64,000 nt of DNA from Selenomonadaceae bacterium. GTDB taxonomy: Bacteria; Vulcanimicrobiota; Xenobia; Xenobiales; JADMJV01. Made by a program: the position numbers and the translations under genes. Below are positions 19,078 to 29,815 of the stretch, one piece after another; position 1 is the first letter of the stretch; each line of letters starts with the position of its first letter. The notes under the pieces are model-generated. The model was not told the DNA's origin. It did not search any database and saw only the letters and a program-made list of their open reading frames with translations. The DNA is taken from NCBI GenBank assembly GCA_037189585.1, contig JBBCJA010000013.1, positions 259,067 to 323,066 of the forward strand, in the 5' to 3' direction.

Positions 19078-22000
19078 ATGGAAGAAGCTTTTAAGCAAGC
19101 CGCCTCGGAGCGGATTCTCATTCTCGATGGGGCGATGGGGACCGCTCTTCAGGGCTACCGGCTGGACGAAGCCGCTTTCCGGGGTGAGCGCTTCGCCGAG
19201 TGGCCCCAGTCGCTCCAGGGCTGCAACGACCTGTTGTGCCTGACTCAGCCGCACATCGTTCGTGAGGTTCACACGGCTTACATCGAGGCCGGTTCGGACC
19301 TGATCGAGACCAACACTTTCAATGCTCAGAGCCTTTCCATGGCCGATTACGGGGCTCAGTCGCTGGTGGCCGAAATCAACCGCGAGGCCGCGCGTCTGGC
19401 CAAAGAGTGCGCGCAGACCGTAGGTCGGACGGTGTGGGTGGCCGGTGCGGTCGGACCGACCAGCAAGACCCTGTCGCTTTCCGTCGATGTCAATCGTCCG
19501 GGAGCGCGCGAGGTCACTTTCGCCCAGGTCCGACAAGCCTACGATGAGCAGATCGAAGCTCTGATCGAAGGCGGCGTGGACTGTCTTTTGATCGAGACGA
19601 TCTTCGACACCCAGAACTCCAAGGCCGCGGTGGTGGCCGCCGAGGATGTCTTCGCCCGTCTCGGACGCCGTATCCCCGTTTTGATTTCGGTGACCATCAC
19701 CGACCGCAGCGGTCGGACCCTTTCGGGCCAGCAGTTGGAAGCCTTCTGGCACTCCATTCGCCACTGCCGGCCGCTCTGCGTGGGCCTCAACTGCGCCCTG
19801 GGTGCCGAGGAGATGACGACTTACCTGGGTGAGCTCTCGGAGCTTGCCGACACTCTTGTCTCCTGCTATCCCAACGCGGGTTTGCCCAACGCTTTGGGCG
19901 GTTACGACGAGACTCCGGAGCAGATGGCGGCTGTCCTGGGTCGCTTCGCCGACAACGGATGGCTCAACATGGTCGGCGGATGCTGTGGGACCACACCGGA
20001 GTTCATCGCGGCCATCGCGCGGGAGATGAAGGGTCGCGCTCCACGCCGGCCCAAGCCGACTCGATCGGGTTTTGCCGTCAGCGGCCTCGAGCCGTTCCGC
20101 CAAACCGCCGACACAGGCCTGATCGTGGTGGGGGAGAGAACCAACGTGACCGGTTCTCCCAAGTTCGCCAGGCTGGTTCGGGAAGGCGACTTGGAGGGCG
20201 CATTGGTGGTTGCCCGGCAGCAGGTCGATAACGGAGCCAACATTCTCGACGTCAACATGGACGAGGGGCTGCTGGACTCGGAAGCCTTCATGCGTCAGTT
20301 CTTGCAGTTGGTCGCTTCCGAGCCCGACATCTCCAAAGTCCCTCTGATGATCGACTCCTCCCGCTGGGAAGTGTTGGTGGCCGGAATCGAGAGCGCCCAG
20401 GGTCGCTGCGTGGTCAACAGCATCTCGCTCAAGGACGGTGAGGAGGAGTTCCTGTATCGAGCCGAGTTCCTCAAGAGGTTCGGCGCCGCCGTGGTGGTCA
20501 TGGCTTTCGACGAACAGGGACAAGCCGACACCACCGAGCGCCGCATCGCGATCTGCCGTCGAGCCTACAAGCTTTTGACCGAAAAGGTCGGCATGGACCC
20601 CTGGGATATCATTTTCGATCCCAACGTCTTGACCGTGGCCACGGGAATCCCCGAGCATGACGGCTACGGATTGAGCTTCATCGAAGCCATTTCCGCCATC
20701 AAGAAAGAGTGTCCCGGAGTGCTGATCTCCGGTGGAATCTCCAACGTCAGTTTTTCCTTTCGTGGAAACAATCCGGTGCGTGAAGCCATGCACACGGTCT
20801 TCCTCTATCACGCCATCAAGGCCGGCTTGGACATGGCCATCGTCAACGCCGGTATGTTGGGGATCTATGAGGATATCCCCGAGGACCTGCGGGTCGCGAC
20901 CGAGGATGTCTTGTTGGCAAGAGACCCCGAGGCGACCGAGCGACTACTGGCCATGGCCGAGAAGTACCGCGAGGAAGGCGGCAAGAAAGCCGAGGAGGGG
21001 ACGGGTCTTGCCTGGCGCTCGGGCAGCGTGGAAGAGCGTCTTTCCCACGCCTTGGTCAACGGAGTGGTCGACTTCATCGACCAAGACACCGAGGAGGCTC
21101 GTCAGAAGTACCCTCGTCCTCTGGAAGTGATCGAGGGTCCGCTGATGGCTGGCATGGCGATCGTGGGTGAACGGTTCGGCGAGGGAAAGATGTTCTTGCC
21201 CCAGGTGGTCAAGAGCGCCCGCGTGATGAAAAAGGCAGTGGCCTACCTACTTCCGTTTATGGACGCCGAGAAAGAGCAAGGCGGCGCCAAGTCCCAGGGG
21301 CGCATTCTGATGGCGACGGTCAAAGGCGACGTGCACGATATCGGCAAAAATATCGTTGGAGTCGTTCTGGGATGTAATGGATTTGAAGTGATCGATCTGG
21401 GGGTGATGGTCCCGACGGAGGAAATTTTACGTCAGGCCAAATCCCACCAGGTCGACCTGGTGGGGCTTTCCGGGTTGATCACCCCCTCGCTCGATGAAAT
21501 GGTCAGAGTGGCCGAAGCCATGGCAAGAGACGGACTAGATCAGCCGCTTTTGATCGGCGGAGCCACCACGTCGGCCACCCACACCGCGCTCAAGATCGCT
21601 CCCACCCGTTCTCAGCCTGTGGTCCACGTGTTGGACGCCTCCAGAGCCGCGGCGGTTTGTGGGAAACTTCTCGATGTTGACGGTCGCGGAAGCTATCTGG
21701 CCGAGGTGGAAATTGAGCACGAGCGGTTGCGGCAGAGATTTCTCAAAAAATCTCAAGTCGCCCTACTCCCTCTCGCCGAAGCGCGCTCCAAGGGATGGAC
21801 CTGGGCCTGCCCTAACGGTGGGGTCCCTAGAGCGGCGAATCTTTCTCAAATCATAGTACGAGACCCGCTTCCCTTGGAAGAGCTGGTGCCCTTGATCGAT
21901 TGGACTCCGTTTTTCATCGTCTGGCAGATGCGGGGCACCTACCCTCGAATCTTGGAGCGGCCGGAGGCCAGAGCTCTCTTCGAGGAGGCTCAAGAGCTGC

Positions 22001-22692
22001 TCGAGAGTTTGGTGAAAGACAAAATTTTGAGCGCTCGAGCCGTCTTCGGGGTCTTCCCGGCTCATTCCGAGGGAGATGACCTGGTGGTCGCGGGACAGCG
22101 CTGGCCCATGCTTCGGCAGCAGATCGAGCGGTCGGAAGGCAAGCCGTCGCGATCGCTTGTCGACTTTCTCTCCACCACTCCGCAAGCCGACAGCTTGGGA
22201 CTTTTCGCGGTCAGCACCGGTTTTGGTTGCGACGAGGCGGTGAAAGCTTACCAGGCTGACCACGATGACTATCACGCCATCATGATTCGAGCCCTGGCCG
22301 ACCGCCTGGCCGAAGCCGGCGCCGAGTGGGTCCATCGGGAGTTACGCGTCGCCTGGGGATTGGAAAGTCGCGGCAGCTTCTCTCCCGAGCAGCTGATCAA
22401 GGAAGAGTATTCCGGGATCCGTCCGGCGCCGGGATATCCCGCTTGTCCTGACCATGTGACCAAGCATGAGCTATGGAAACTTCTCCAGGTGGAGCAAAGG
22501 ACGGGGATCAAGCTGCTCGACTCTGGAGCCATGTGGCCGGCTGCGTCGGTCAGCGGGATGGTCTTTCATCATCCCGAGGCGCGCTATTTCGCTATCAACC
22601 GAATCGGCTCGGACCAGTTGGCGGACTACGCCGCTCGTTTGGGGGAAAATCCCGAGGAGGTGGCGCGCCGCCTGGCGACGCTACTGTCGTGA
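19078..22692 (+). CDS. metH: Cobalamin-dependent methionine synthase
   Basis: 1204 aa. Hcy-binding and pterin-binding barrels, B12-binding motif [21 protein letters not shown], and a C-terminal AdoMet reactivation domain. Confidence 0.95.
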   Translation: MEEAFKQAASERILILDGAMGTALQGYRLDEAAFRGERFAEWPQSLQGCNDLLCLTQPHIVREVHTAYIEAGSDLIETNTFNAQSLSMADYGAQSLVAEINREAARLAKECAQTVGRTVWVAGAVGPTSKTLSLSVDVNRPGAREVTFAQVRQAYDEQIEALIEGGVDCLLIETIFDTQNSKAAVVAAEDVFARLGRRIPVLISVTITDRSGRTLSGQQLEAFWHSIRHCRPLCVGLNCALGAEEMTTYLGELSELADTLVSCYPNAGLPNALGGYDETPEQMAAVLGRFADNGWLNMVGGCCGTTPEFIAAIAREMKGRAPRRPKPTRSGFAVSGLEPFRQTADTGLIVVGERTNVTGSPKFARLVREGDLEGALVVARQQVDNGANILDVNMDEGLLDSEAFMRQFLQLVASEPDISKVPLMIDSSRWEVLVAGIESAQGRCVVNSISLKDGEEEFLYRAEFLKRFGAAVVVMAFDEQGQADTTERRIAICRRAYKLLTEKVGMDPWDIIFDPNVLTVATGIPEHDGYGLSFIEAISAIKKECPGVLISGGISNVSFSFRGNNPVREAMHTVFLYHAIKAGLDMAIVNAGMLGIYEDIPEDLRVATEDVLLARDPEATERLLAMAEKYREEGGKKAEEGTGLAWRSGSVEERLSHALVNGVVDFIDQDTEEARQKYPRPLEVIEGPLMAGMAIVGERFGEGKMFLPQVVKSARVMKKAVAYLLPFMDAEKEQGGAKSQGRILMATVKGDVHDIGKNIVGVVLGCNGFEVIDLGVMVPTEEILRQAKSHQVDLVGLSGLITPSLDEMVRVAEAMARDGLDQPLLIGGATTSATHTALKIAPTRSQPVVHVLDASRAAAVCGKLLDVDGRGSYLAEVEIEHERLRQRFLKKSQVALLPLAEARSKGWTWACPNGGVPRAANLSQIIVRDPLPLEELVPLIDWTPFFIVWQMRGTYPRILERPEARALFEEAQELLESLVKDKILSARAVFGVFPAHSEGDDLVVAGQRWPMLRQQIERSEGKPSRSLVDFLSTTPQADSLGLFAVSTGFGCDEAVKAYQADHDDYHAIMIRALADRLAEAGAEWVHRELRVAWGLESRGSFSPEQLIKEEYSGIRPAPGYPACPDHVTKHELWKLLQVEQRTGIKLLDSGAMWPAASVSGMVFHHPEARYFAINRIGSDQLADYAARLGENPEEVARRLATLLS

Positions 22693-23489
22693 ATTCCGGT
22701 CCGTGGTTTGAGCCTGGACGCCATCACCGTCTTTGGAAACAGTGGCGGCGCATCGGAAAGGGCCAGGAGGAGAAGTTCTTTCTGGAGCACCGACACGCGG
22801 TTTTGGAATCGCTGCGAGGGCATTATCCCCCCGAACAGGTGCTCCTTTCCAAAGAACTCTACAGCTCCGAACCGGAATTTTGGGCCGGCCTGGCTCTGGG
22901 GATCCCTAGTATAGAGTGGTTTTTGGTCGAGGGTGAGCGCTTGAATCAGGTCACCAGCGTTCCTGCTAGTAGCGGACTCTGCGCCGTCTTTTCACCGCGC
23001 CCGGTGACCCTGGAGGAGCTTCTCGAGGTATCCTTTCTTATGGTGCTCTGGAAGATCAGCGATCCCGGAAATATGGGCACCTTGATCCGAGCCGGTAGGT
23101 CGCTTTGCCGAGCCGCGATTTTAGTTGTCGGCGGTTGTTCGGTTTGGTCGTCCAAGGTGGCCCGGGCTTCCGCCGGTAGCTTGATGTCGACACAGGTCTG
23201 CCAGCTGGAGGTCTCCTCGGGACGAGAAGCGCTAGAGAAACTCCAAGCCTCGGGGTTCACTCTGCGCCAGGCTGTCCCCAGAGGGGGAGAGGCGCTGCCG
23301 GGTCTGACCTGGAGCGAAAAAGACGCCGTACTTTTGGGCAATGAATCTCACGGTCTTCCTCAAGAACTCGAGGGGCTCGGACAGCCCTTCACTATCCCTT
23401 GCGCTCCCGAAGTAGAGTCGCTCAACGTGGCCATGAGCGGCTCCATCATCGCCTGGGAGTGGGCGCGCGCACACCCACTGGAGGCTTGA
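22689..23489 (+). CDS. TrmH/SpoU-family RNA 2'-O-methyltransferase (RlmB-like)
   Basis: SpoU motifs [30 protein letters not shown] and [24 protein letters not shown] start overlaps the metH stop (GTGA). The long upstream in-frame ORF from 22473 lies inside metH and was rejected. Confidence 0.75.
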   Translation: MNSGPWFEPGRHHRLWKQWRRIGKGQEEKFFLEHRHAVLESLRGHYPPEQVLLSKELYSSEPEFWAGLALGIPSIEWFLVEGERLNQVTSVPASSGLCAVFSPRPVTLEELLEVSFLMVLWKISDPGNMGTLIRAGRSLCRAAILVVGGCSVWSSKVARASAGSLMSTQVCQLEVSSGREALEKLQASGFTLRQAVPRGGEALPGLTWSEKDAVLLGNESHGLPQELEGLGQPFTIPCAPEVESLNVAMSGSIIAWEWARAHPLEA

Positions 23490-23561
23490 GCCTCTTCCGG
23501 CGGCAGGCCTCGGCATCACCGGCGACAAAGCAGATCGCCTGCCGAATTTTTCCGGTTGACA

Positions 23562-23587
23562 CACATTGTGAAAAGCTTCACAATGTG
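23562..23587. promoter_or_regulatory. Perfect CRP-consensus palindrome (TGTGA-N6-TCACA) overlapping a TTGACA -35-like hexamer upstream of the cox operon
   Basis: cacatTGTGAaaagctTCACAatgtg is an 11-4-11 perfect inverted repeat at 23562-23587. TTGACA sits at 23556-23561. The ctaA-ctaB ATG is at 23615. Confidence 0.5.
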
Positions 23588-23614
23588 ACCCGGTTTGGGA
23601 GTGTATTTCTATTT

Positions 23615-25447
23615 ATGAAAAGAGAATCCAAAAGTCTGGGGGAGACGGCTTTACCGAGTCCCTTCGCGCTTTTTGTCAGGGTTCTCGTCGTATGTACCGC
23701 ACTCTTGGTTCTCGTCGGAGCGATGGTGACCACTACCGGCTCGGGCCTGTCGGTTCCCGACTGGCCCCTTTCCTTCGGAAAGATCAATCCGACCATGGTC
23801 GGGGGAGTGGCTTTCGAGCATGGACATCGCCTGGTCGCCTCGGCGGTGGGCTTTCTGGTCCTTGTCGCCGCTATCTGGGCCACCTCGATTCGAGCCAACA
23901 CGGTGGTCCGAAGGCTTTCACTGTTCGCTCTCGCCTTGGTTATTTTCCAAGGACTCCTGGGCGGATTGACCGTTCTCATGCGCCTGCCCACCGCGGTTTC
24001 CGTTGCCCACGGCACCACCGCTCAGATTTTCTTTTGCACGATCGTCGCTCTACTCTGGTGGACCGATTCGCGCTTTGTCGCCTCGATCGCCAAGATTGAA
24101 GGGCCGGCCGCTCGAGATCTTATGATCTCGAGCGGGGCGATGACCGGATTGATCTTCGCCCAGCTGTTGGTGGCCGCCACCATGCGACATCTCGGCGCGG
24201 GATTAGTCATTCCCGACTTCCCGACCTCACTGGGGCGGATTATTCCGCCTTTGACCTCTCTTCCCATCGCCATCAACTTCACCCACCGAGTTTTGGCTTT
24301 AGCCATCTTCGCCATGGCGATTCTACTGTGCCGGCGCGTCTTCAAGTTTCATCGCGAGATGACCGTGCTGAGCAGACTTTCAGCCGTTCTTGTCGGCTTG
24401 ATTTTGGTCCAGGTCACCCTGGGTGCTCTGACGGTGTGGGGAGGCCGAGGGCTTTTTTCGACCTCCCTTCACGTGATGAATGGAGCCCTGGTGCTCGCCA
24501 CCGCTTTCTCCATCTTTCTCTGGTCCTGGCGGCTCACCCGCCCTCGTCGCGACGACGGGAATAAGGGTGAGGAATCTTCCAGCGCGGCCACTAAGATGAG
24601 CGACGTCAGCCGCAAGGACTGGATGGACCTGGCCAAGGTTCGGCTAGTGACGATGAGCGTCTTCACCGCTCTGTGTGGATTTCTCCTCGGGGGAACAGCC
24701 TTGAGTGTCGCGGGTCTGGTTGTCACCGTGATCGGCGTTTCTCTTCTTGGTGCTGGTTCGAGCATGCTCAACCACGTTATGGAGGTGGAGACCGACGCCC
24801 GCATGGAGCGGACGCGGAATCGACCTCTTCCCACGGGCCGAGTCTCGGTGGCTTTGGTGGAGCGTACCGGCGGTCTGCTGATCGCGGCGGGGACGCTTTG
24901 TCTGGGGCTATGGCAACCCTGGGCGGGACTGCTGGCTTTTGCCGCCTTCTTTTCCTACGTCTTCGTGTACACCCCGATGAAGACTTGGAGCCCGAGCTGT
25001 ACGGTGGTTGGCGCCGTCCCGGGGGCTCTCCCGGTGTTGATAGGTTACGTTGTCCGCACGGGAGTGCTCGACATCGGTGGGTTAATCTTGTTCGCCATCC
25101 TGTTTCTTTGGCAGTTGCCACATTTTATGGCTATCGCCTGGCTCTGCCGCGAGGATTACGCTCGCGCGGGCTTACCGATGGTCACGGTGATCGATCCGAA
25201 AGGGACCCTGGCCTCTTCTCAGATTTTGATCTATAGCCTGGCCCTGCTGCCGGTCTCGATGGCTCCAACCCTGGTAGGGATGGCCGGCCAACTTTATTTC
25301 TACTGCGCGCTATTGCTCGGGATCGTCTACCTCTCCTCGGGTGTGAACTTGTGCTGGCGTAAGTCCACCGTGGCGGCGCGAAAGCTGTTGTTGACCTCGG
25401 TGGTCTACCTCCCCTTACTGTACGGAGTGATGGTTGTGAACAGTTGA
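23615..25447 (+). CDS. Fused heme A synthase (CtaA/COX15-like) and protoheme IX farnesyltransferase (CtaB/CyoE)
   Basis: The N-terminal half has CtaA His-containing helices (FEHGHRLVASAVGF...). The C-terminal half has the CtaB motif NHVMEVETDARMERTRNRPLPTGRVS. 610 aa, polytopic. Confidence 0.8.
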   Translation: MKRESKSLGETALPSPFALFVRVLVVCTALLVLVGAMVTTTGSGLSVPDWPLSFGKINPTMVGGVAFEHGHRLVASAVGFLVLVAAIWATSIRANTVVRRLSLFALALVIFQGLLGGLTVLMRLPTAVSVAHGTTAQIFFCTIVALLWWTDSRFVASIAKIEGPAARDLMISSGAMTGLIFAQLLVAATMRHLGAGLVIPDFPTSLGRIIPPLTSLPIAINFTHRVLALAIFAMAILLCRRVFKFHREMTVLSRLSAVLVGLILVQVTLGALTVWGGRGLFSTSLHVMNGALVLATAFSIFLWSWRLTRPRRDDGNKGEESSSAATKMSDVSRKDWMDLAKVRLVTMSVFTALCGFLLGGTALSVAGLVVTVIGVSLLGAGSSMLNHVMEVETDARMERTRNRPLPTGRVSVALVERTGGLLIAAGTLCLGLWQPWAGLLAFAAFFSYVFVYTPMKTWSPSCTVVGAVPGALPVLIGYVVRTGVLDIGGLILFAILFLWQLPHFMAIAWLCREDYARAGLPMVTVIDPKGTLASSQILIYSLALLPVSMAPTLVGMAGQLYFYCALLLGIVYLSSGVNLCWRKSTVAARKLLLTSVVYLPLLYGVMVVNS

Positions 25448-25539
25448 TGACCATTTAGGAAAGCGACTGTTCTAGTCGTCTCCAAGGGAGGGGGGGAGCA
25501 TTCCCCGGATGAAAGCGTTACGAACCTAGAAGCCATTCT

Positions 25540-26727
25540 ATGAGGAATATGATGCCAAAAAGATACCTGAAAGCCGTGAGTGGTCCCCTCTCGCGGATTC
25601 TTCTCGCGCTCCTGGCGATCTTGAACACCGGTTGTGTGAACGAGGTGCGCGGCACCTTGAATCCGCTCGGCCCGGTGGCCGAACGCCAGATGAGCACGTT
25701 CATGGTGACCTTGTGGGTCAGCTTGGGGATGTTCGTGGTGGTGGGTTCCTTTCTCGTCTACTGCCTCGTGAAGTTTCACCATAAGGGCGAGATCACGAAG
25801 GACACGCCGCTGCCCGACCAGAGTCACGGTAACGCCTTGACCGAAATAGGCCTGATCTTGATCTCCGTGTTCTTAGTCGGGATCATCGCCTTGCCCACCG
25901 TGCAGGGTGTGTTCTACGTCGGGACCTTACCGAGCGACCAGAAGGTCTACGAAGTCAACGTCACCGGCCTTCAGTGGTGGTGGAAATTCGAATACCCCGA
26001 ATATGGAGTCGTGACGGCCAACGAGATCGCCATCCCGGCCGGTCGCCCGGTCAAGTTCAATCTCCAGACAGCGGACGTGCTCCATTCCTTCTGGGTGCCC
26101 CGCCTTGGCGGCAAGATGGACTTAAATCCAGGCCAGGATAACTGGCTCTGGTTGCAAGCCGATCCGGAAATGCTGGCGGCCGACGCCAAGGAACTGTCAA
26201 CTTCGGGCGGCTCTCCCCGTTGGGCTCATCTTCCCGCTGACTATCCCTTCCAAGGCTACGTTCTCTATGGGCAGTGCGCTGAGTACTGCGGGTCTTCACA
26301 CGCCTTCATGCAGTTTCGAGTGTTAGTGCTCGATGACGCCAACTTCCAGAAGTGGGTCGAGTGGCAGAAGTCGGATTCGAAGTCGACCCTAACCGCTGGC
26401 GAGGTCGCCCAAGGCCAAGCGGTGTTCATGAAGAACAAGTGCCAAACGTGTCACACGGTTCGCGGCACCAATGCCAAAGGTCTGGTCGGTCCTGACCTGA
26501 CCCACATTGGAAGTCGCACCTCCATCGCGGCCGGTTGGTTGGAAAACACTCCGGAGAATCTGGGACACTGGATTCAAAAGCCGGGTGAACTCAAGCCCGA
26601 GAACATCATGTACGTGACAGGTTACCAGCACACAGACAAGTGGGGTGGCCTGGTCAACAACTCTCAGATCGTCGTTACCGACGAGGAGCGTGACGTGCTG
26701 GCCAAATATCTCTACAGTCTTAAGTAA
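25540..26727 (+). CDS. coxB: Cytochrome c oxidase subunit II with fused C-terminal cytochrome c domain (caa3-type)
   Basis: CuA ligands HSFWVPRLGGKMD ... CAEYCGSSHAFM, followed by the heme-c site CQTCHTV. N-terminal signal plus 2 TM segments. Confidence 0.9.
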   Translation: MRNMMPKRYLKAVSGPLSRILLALLAILNTGCVNEVRGTLNPLGPVAERQMSTFMVTLWVSLGMFVVVGSFLVYCLVKFHHKGEITKDTPLPDQSHGNALTEIGLILISVFLVGIIALPTVQGVFYVGTLPSDQKVYEVNVTGLQWWWKFEYPEYGVVTANEIAIPAGRPVKFNLQTADVLHSFWVPRLGGKMDLNPGQDNWLWLQADPEMLAADAKELSTSGGSPRWAHLPADYPFQGYVLYGQCAEYCGSSHAFMQFRVLVLDDANFQKWVEWQKSDSKSTLTAGEVAQGQAVFMKNKCQTCHTVRGTNAKGLVGPDLTHIGSRTSIAAGWLENTPENLGHWIQKPGELKPENIMYVTGYQHTDKWGGLVNNSQIVVTDEERDVLAKYLYSLK

Positions 26728-26738
26728 GGGAGCTTAAA

Positions 26739-28745
26739 GTGTCCTCCGAAGAAATGCACATAGAACCGGCCCCCGAAAAGGGCTTCTTCGATAACATCTT
26801 TCCCCGTCAGGTCGAGCCCAAGGGTTTGATCGGATGGCTTACCACCATCGACCACAAACGGATCGGTATTCTTTACGGAGTGACCGCGCTGTTCTGGTTC
26901 CTGGTGGGCGGCTTGGAAGCGCTGATGATCCGCATCCAGCTGCATACCTCGGACTTCCGGGGTTTCATCTCGGCCGAGACTTACAATAGTCTGTTCACGA
27001 TGCACGGCACCACGATGATCTTCTTGGTCGTGATGCCCCTGGCGGTGGCCTTCTTTAACTACGTGATGCCGCTACAGATCGGCGCTCGAGACGTGGCTTT
27101 TCCACGCATGAACGCGTTTAGTTATTGGATGTTCTTGTTCGCCTCCATCTTGCTGAACATCTCCTGGTTCTTCGGTGAAGCGCCTCACATGAGCTGGGTA
27201 GGGTACGCGCCTATCACCGAGATTCAGTACACGCCCGGTATGGCCGGTGAGTTCTGGATTATCGGCCTGCAGCTTCTCGGTGTGGCCTCTATCGTGGGTT
27301 CATTGAACTTCATCACCACCATCATCAACATGCGAGCGCCCGGTATGACCTTTATGAGAATGCCGGTGTTCTCTTGGATGACCTTGGTGACCGGTTTTCT
27401 GATCATCCTGGCTTTCCCGGCCATCACCATCTGCTTGGCGGAGTTGATGTTCGACCGGCTCTTCGGTACCAACTTTTTCCAGGCGGCCGCCGGTGGTCTC
27501 CCTATTTTGTGGCAACACCTTTTTTGGGTCTTCGGCCACCCCGAAGTTTACATTTTGATTTTGCCTCCGATGGGTATGGTCAGCGAGATCCTTCCGGTCT
27601 TCTCTCGTAGGCCGCTCTTCGGCTATCCGCTGATCGTCGGTTCCGGCATCGCCATCGGCCTGATGGGCTTCACTGTGTGGAGCCACCATATGTTCACCTC
27701 GGGTCTGGGCAATATCGCCACCGCGGCTTTCGCCCTGACCACGATGGCTATCGCGGTTCCCACCGGCGTTAAGATCTTCAACTGGATCGGAACGCTCTAC
27801 AAGGGTCAACTGATCATGGCCACTCCGATGTTGTTCTCGCTCGGATTCATCTACCAGTTCATGATGGGCGGATTCTCCGGCTTGATGCACGCCAACGCGG
27901 TGCACGACCTTCAGCAGCACGACTCCTACTTCATCGTGGCTCACTTCCACTACGTCTTGATCGGCGGAGCGCTCTTCGGAACGTTCGCGGGTCTATACTA
28001 CTGGTTTCCCAAGGTGACCGGTCGAAAGCTTGACGAAAAGTTCGGAAAATTCGTTTTTTGGTTCCTCTTCGTAGGCTTCAACCTAACTTTCTTCCCGATG
28101 CACTGGTTGGGCCTCAACGGAATGCCCCGCCGTATCTACACCTACTCACCAAACATGGGTTGGGATACGATCAACATGGTCTGTACCTTCGGCGCGTTGC
28201 TGATGGCGGTCGCCGTGGTGGTGTTCTTCTGGGACCTCTTCCGCACGGCTAAGAGCGGACAAGTGGCGGGATTCGATCCCTGGGACGCTCGCACTGTCGA
28301 GTGGTCCATCCCGAATCCTCCGCCCGTGTACAACTTCAAAGACACCCCACAGGTCAAGTGCCTGGACGATTTCTGGTACGCGAAGTACCCCGAGACCATG
28401 GTGCACGACGAGGACGAGACTATGCACCCGTCCGACTACGTCGCGGCTGACCCGGCCGTTCATGGCCACAGCCACGACGACCACGGTATCCACATGCCGG
28501 GCGGAAGTTGGTTCCCGATGTTCGCCGCGCTGGGGTTCTGTATCGGTGGCTTCGGCATTGTGATGCACGGTTTCTTCATTCCAGATCCGGTAGCGGCTAA
28601 ATCCATGTCCACCCTCAGTATCCTACTTCGCGAATACTGGCTCGCGATTCTGGGTGGACTGATGGGAGTCGCCTCGGTCTTCGCCTGGGCGATGGAGCCG
28701 ATTGGCGGTTACAACATTCACTTCAAGGAAGAGGACAACAAATGA
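26739..28745 (+). CDS. ctaD: Cytochrome c oxidase subunit I with a C-terminal extension of about 110 aa (His-rich loop plus 2 extra helices)
   Basis: Canonical heme-copper oxidase helices and His ligands (WFFGHPEVYIL, HHMF). GTG start with an AAGGGA RBS. The extension carries HGHSHDDHGIH. Confidence 0.95.
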   Translation: MSSEEMHIEPAPEKGFFDNIFPRQVEPKGLIGWLTTIDHKRIGILYGVTALFWFLVGGLEALMIRIQLHTSDFRGFISAETYNSLFTMHGTTMIFLVVMPLAVAFFNYVMPLQIGARDVAFPRMNAFSYWMFLFASILLNISWFFGEAPHMSWVGYAPITEIQYTPGMAGEFWIIGLQLLGVASIVGSLNFITTIINMRAPGMTFMRMPVFSWMTLVTGFLIILAFPAITICLAELMFDRLFGTNFFQAAAGGLPILWQHLFWVFGHPEVYILILPPMGMVSEILPVFSRRPLFGYPLIVGSGIAIGLMGFTVWSHHMFTSGLGNIATAAFALTTMAIAVPTGVKIFNWIGTLYKGQLIMATPMLFSLGFIYQFMMGGFSGLMHANAVHDLQQHDSYFIVAHFHYVLIGGALFGTFAGLYYWFPKVTGRKLDEKFGKFVFWFLFVGFNLTFFPMHWLGLNGMPRRIYTYSPNMGWDTINMVCTFGALLMAVAVVVFFWDLFRTAKSGQVAGFDPWDARTVEWSIPNPPPVYNFKDTPQVKCLDDFWYAKYPETMVHDEDETMHPSDYVAADPAVHGHSHDDHGIHMPGGSWFPMFAALGFCIGGFGIVMHGFFIPDPVAAKSMSTLSILLREYWLAILGGLMGVASVFAWAMEPIGGYNIHFKEEDNK

Positions 28746-29353
28746 GCGCGCATGGGTCCCATCTGATAGAGAACCCGCACGAGATCGGAACCACGGGGCT
28801 TCCTCACCGGAAGATCATGATGTGGCTCTTCCTGGCCTCGGACTGTATGTTCTTCGGAGCGTTGATCAGCACGTATCTGATCTATCGAGGACGAAGTATC
28901 GCCGGGCCGACTCCAGAGGAGATCTTCGACATCCCCCTGACCTCCACGTCCTCGTTCGTGCTGTTGATGAGTTCGTACCTGATGGTACTGGCTCTGGCGG
29001 CGATCGAGCGCAACGACTTGACCAAGTTTAGGGTCTACTGCCTGGGAACAGCCTTCTTCGGTTCGATCTTTTTGGGCTTCCAGGTCTACGAGTTCACCCA
29101 CTTCTATCACGCCGGCTTGACCTTGCATGGTTCGGTCTTCGGTAGTTCGTTCTACGTTCTGACCGGGACGCACGGCTGTCACGTGGCGATAGGCGTTCTC
29201 TGGCTACTGGCCCTTTTCTTCTATTCGTTCACCGGTGGGGTAACCCAGCGACGAGCCTTGGACGTGGAGATCGCCGGTCTGTACTGGCACTTCGTGGACA
29301 TCGTCTGGATCGTGATCTTTGTCGCTGTCTATCTGCTCGAGTACATTATTTAA
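28742..29353 (+). CDS. ctaE: Cytochrome c oxidase subunit III
   Basis: ATGA overlap with the ctaD stop. MWLFLASDCMFFGALISTYLIYRG and the conserved subunit III helices. Confidence 0.85.
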   Translation: MSAHGSHLIENPHEIGTTGLPHRKIMMWLFLASDCMFFGALISTYLIYRGRSIAGPTPEEIFDIPLTSTSSFVLLMSSYLMVLALAAIERNDLTKFRVYCLGTAFFGSIFLGFQVYEFTHFYHAGLTLHGSVFGSSFYVLTGTHGCHVAIGVLWLLALFFYSFTGGVTQRRALDVEIAGLYWHFVDIVWIVIFVAVYLLEYII

Positions 29354-29364
29354 AGGAAGGTCCG

Positions 29365-29805
29365 ATGAAGCACGAAGAAGATAAAGAAGTTCAAGGCCTC
29401 TCGATTGTCGCGCGCTATACCATCACCGCGGTGGTGTTGGCCGTCGTGACCGCGATCGAGGTGCTGGTTCTCTACCCGCCGCTGGTTCGGGCCGGAGACA
29501 CTTTTAAGATCGCACTGCTGGCCTTTTTGGGTATCGGCAAGTTCATTCTGGTGGTCGGGCTGTTCATGCACCTTTGGAACGATGACCCTATCTTCACCGG
29601 AATCTTCGGTCTAGGTATGGTCATCGGTGTTGGAACTCTGGTCGCGCTGCTGGCGGTGATGAACGTGTATCCTCACCGAAGCGACGCCGTGAAGGCTCCC
29701 CCGCTAAGACAGATCTATGAAGATAGGGAGAAGGTTCGCCGAGGCGAGGCTCTACCCCATACTGAACAGCACTCTTGGCGGCAGTGGGAAGCCCTTAGCG
29801 CCTAA
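29365..29805 (+). CDS. Small membrane subunit, CoxIV/CtaF-like (prokaryotic COX4 family) with C-terminal tail
   Basis: Three TM helices immediately after ctaE. Pattern resembles bacterial subunit IV. Confidence 0.5.
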   Translation: MKHEEDKEVQGLSIVARYTITAVVLAVVTAIEVLVLYPPLVRAGDTFKIALLAFLGIGKFILVVGLFMHLWNDDPIFTGIFGLGMVIGVGTLVALLAVMNVYPHRSDAVKAPPLRQIYEDREKVRRGEALPHTEQHSWRQWEALSA

Positions 29806-29815
29806 GGGGTACGAG

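Noticed and set aside
19072-20811. 579-aa ORF on the minus strand
   Set aside because: It is entirely antisense to metH, whose product is unambiguous. This is a typical high-GC shadow ORF.
22473-22688. 5' extension of the TrmH-family ORF into metH
   Set aside because: This part lies inside the metH coding region in another frame. A GTG at 22689 overlapping the metH stop gives a canonical-length SpoU methylase.
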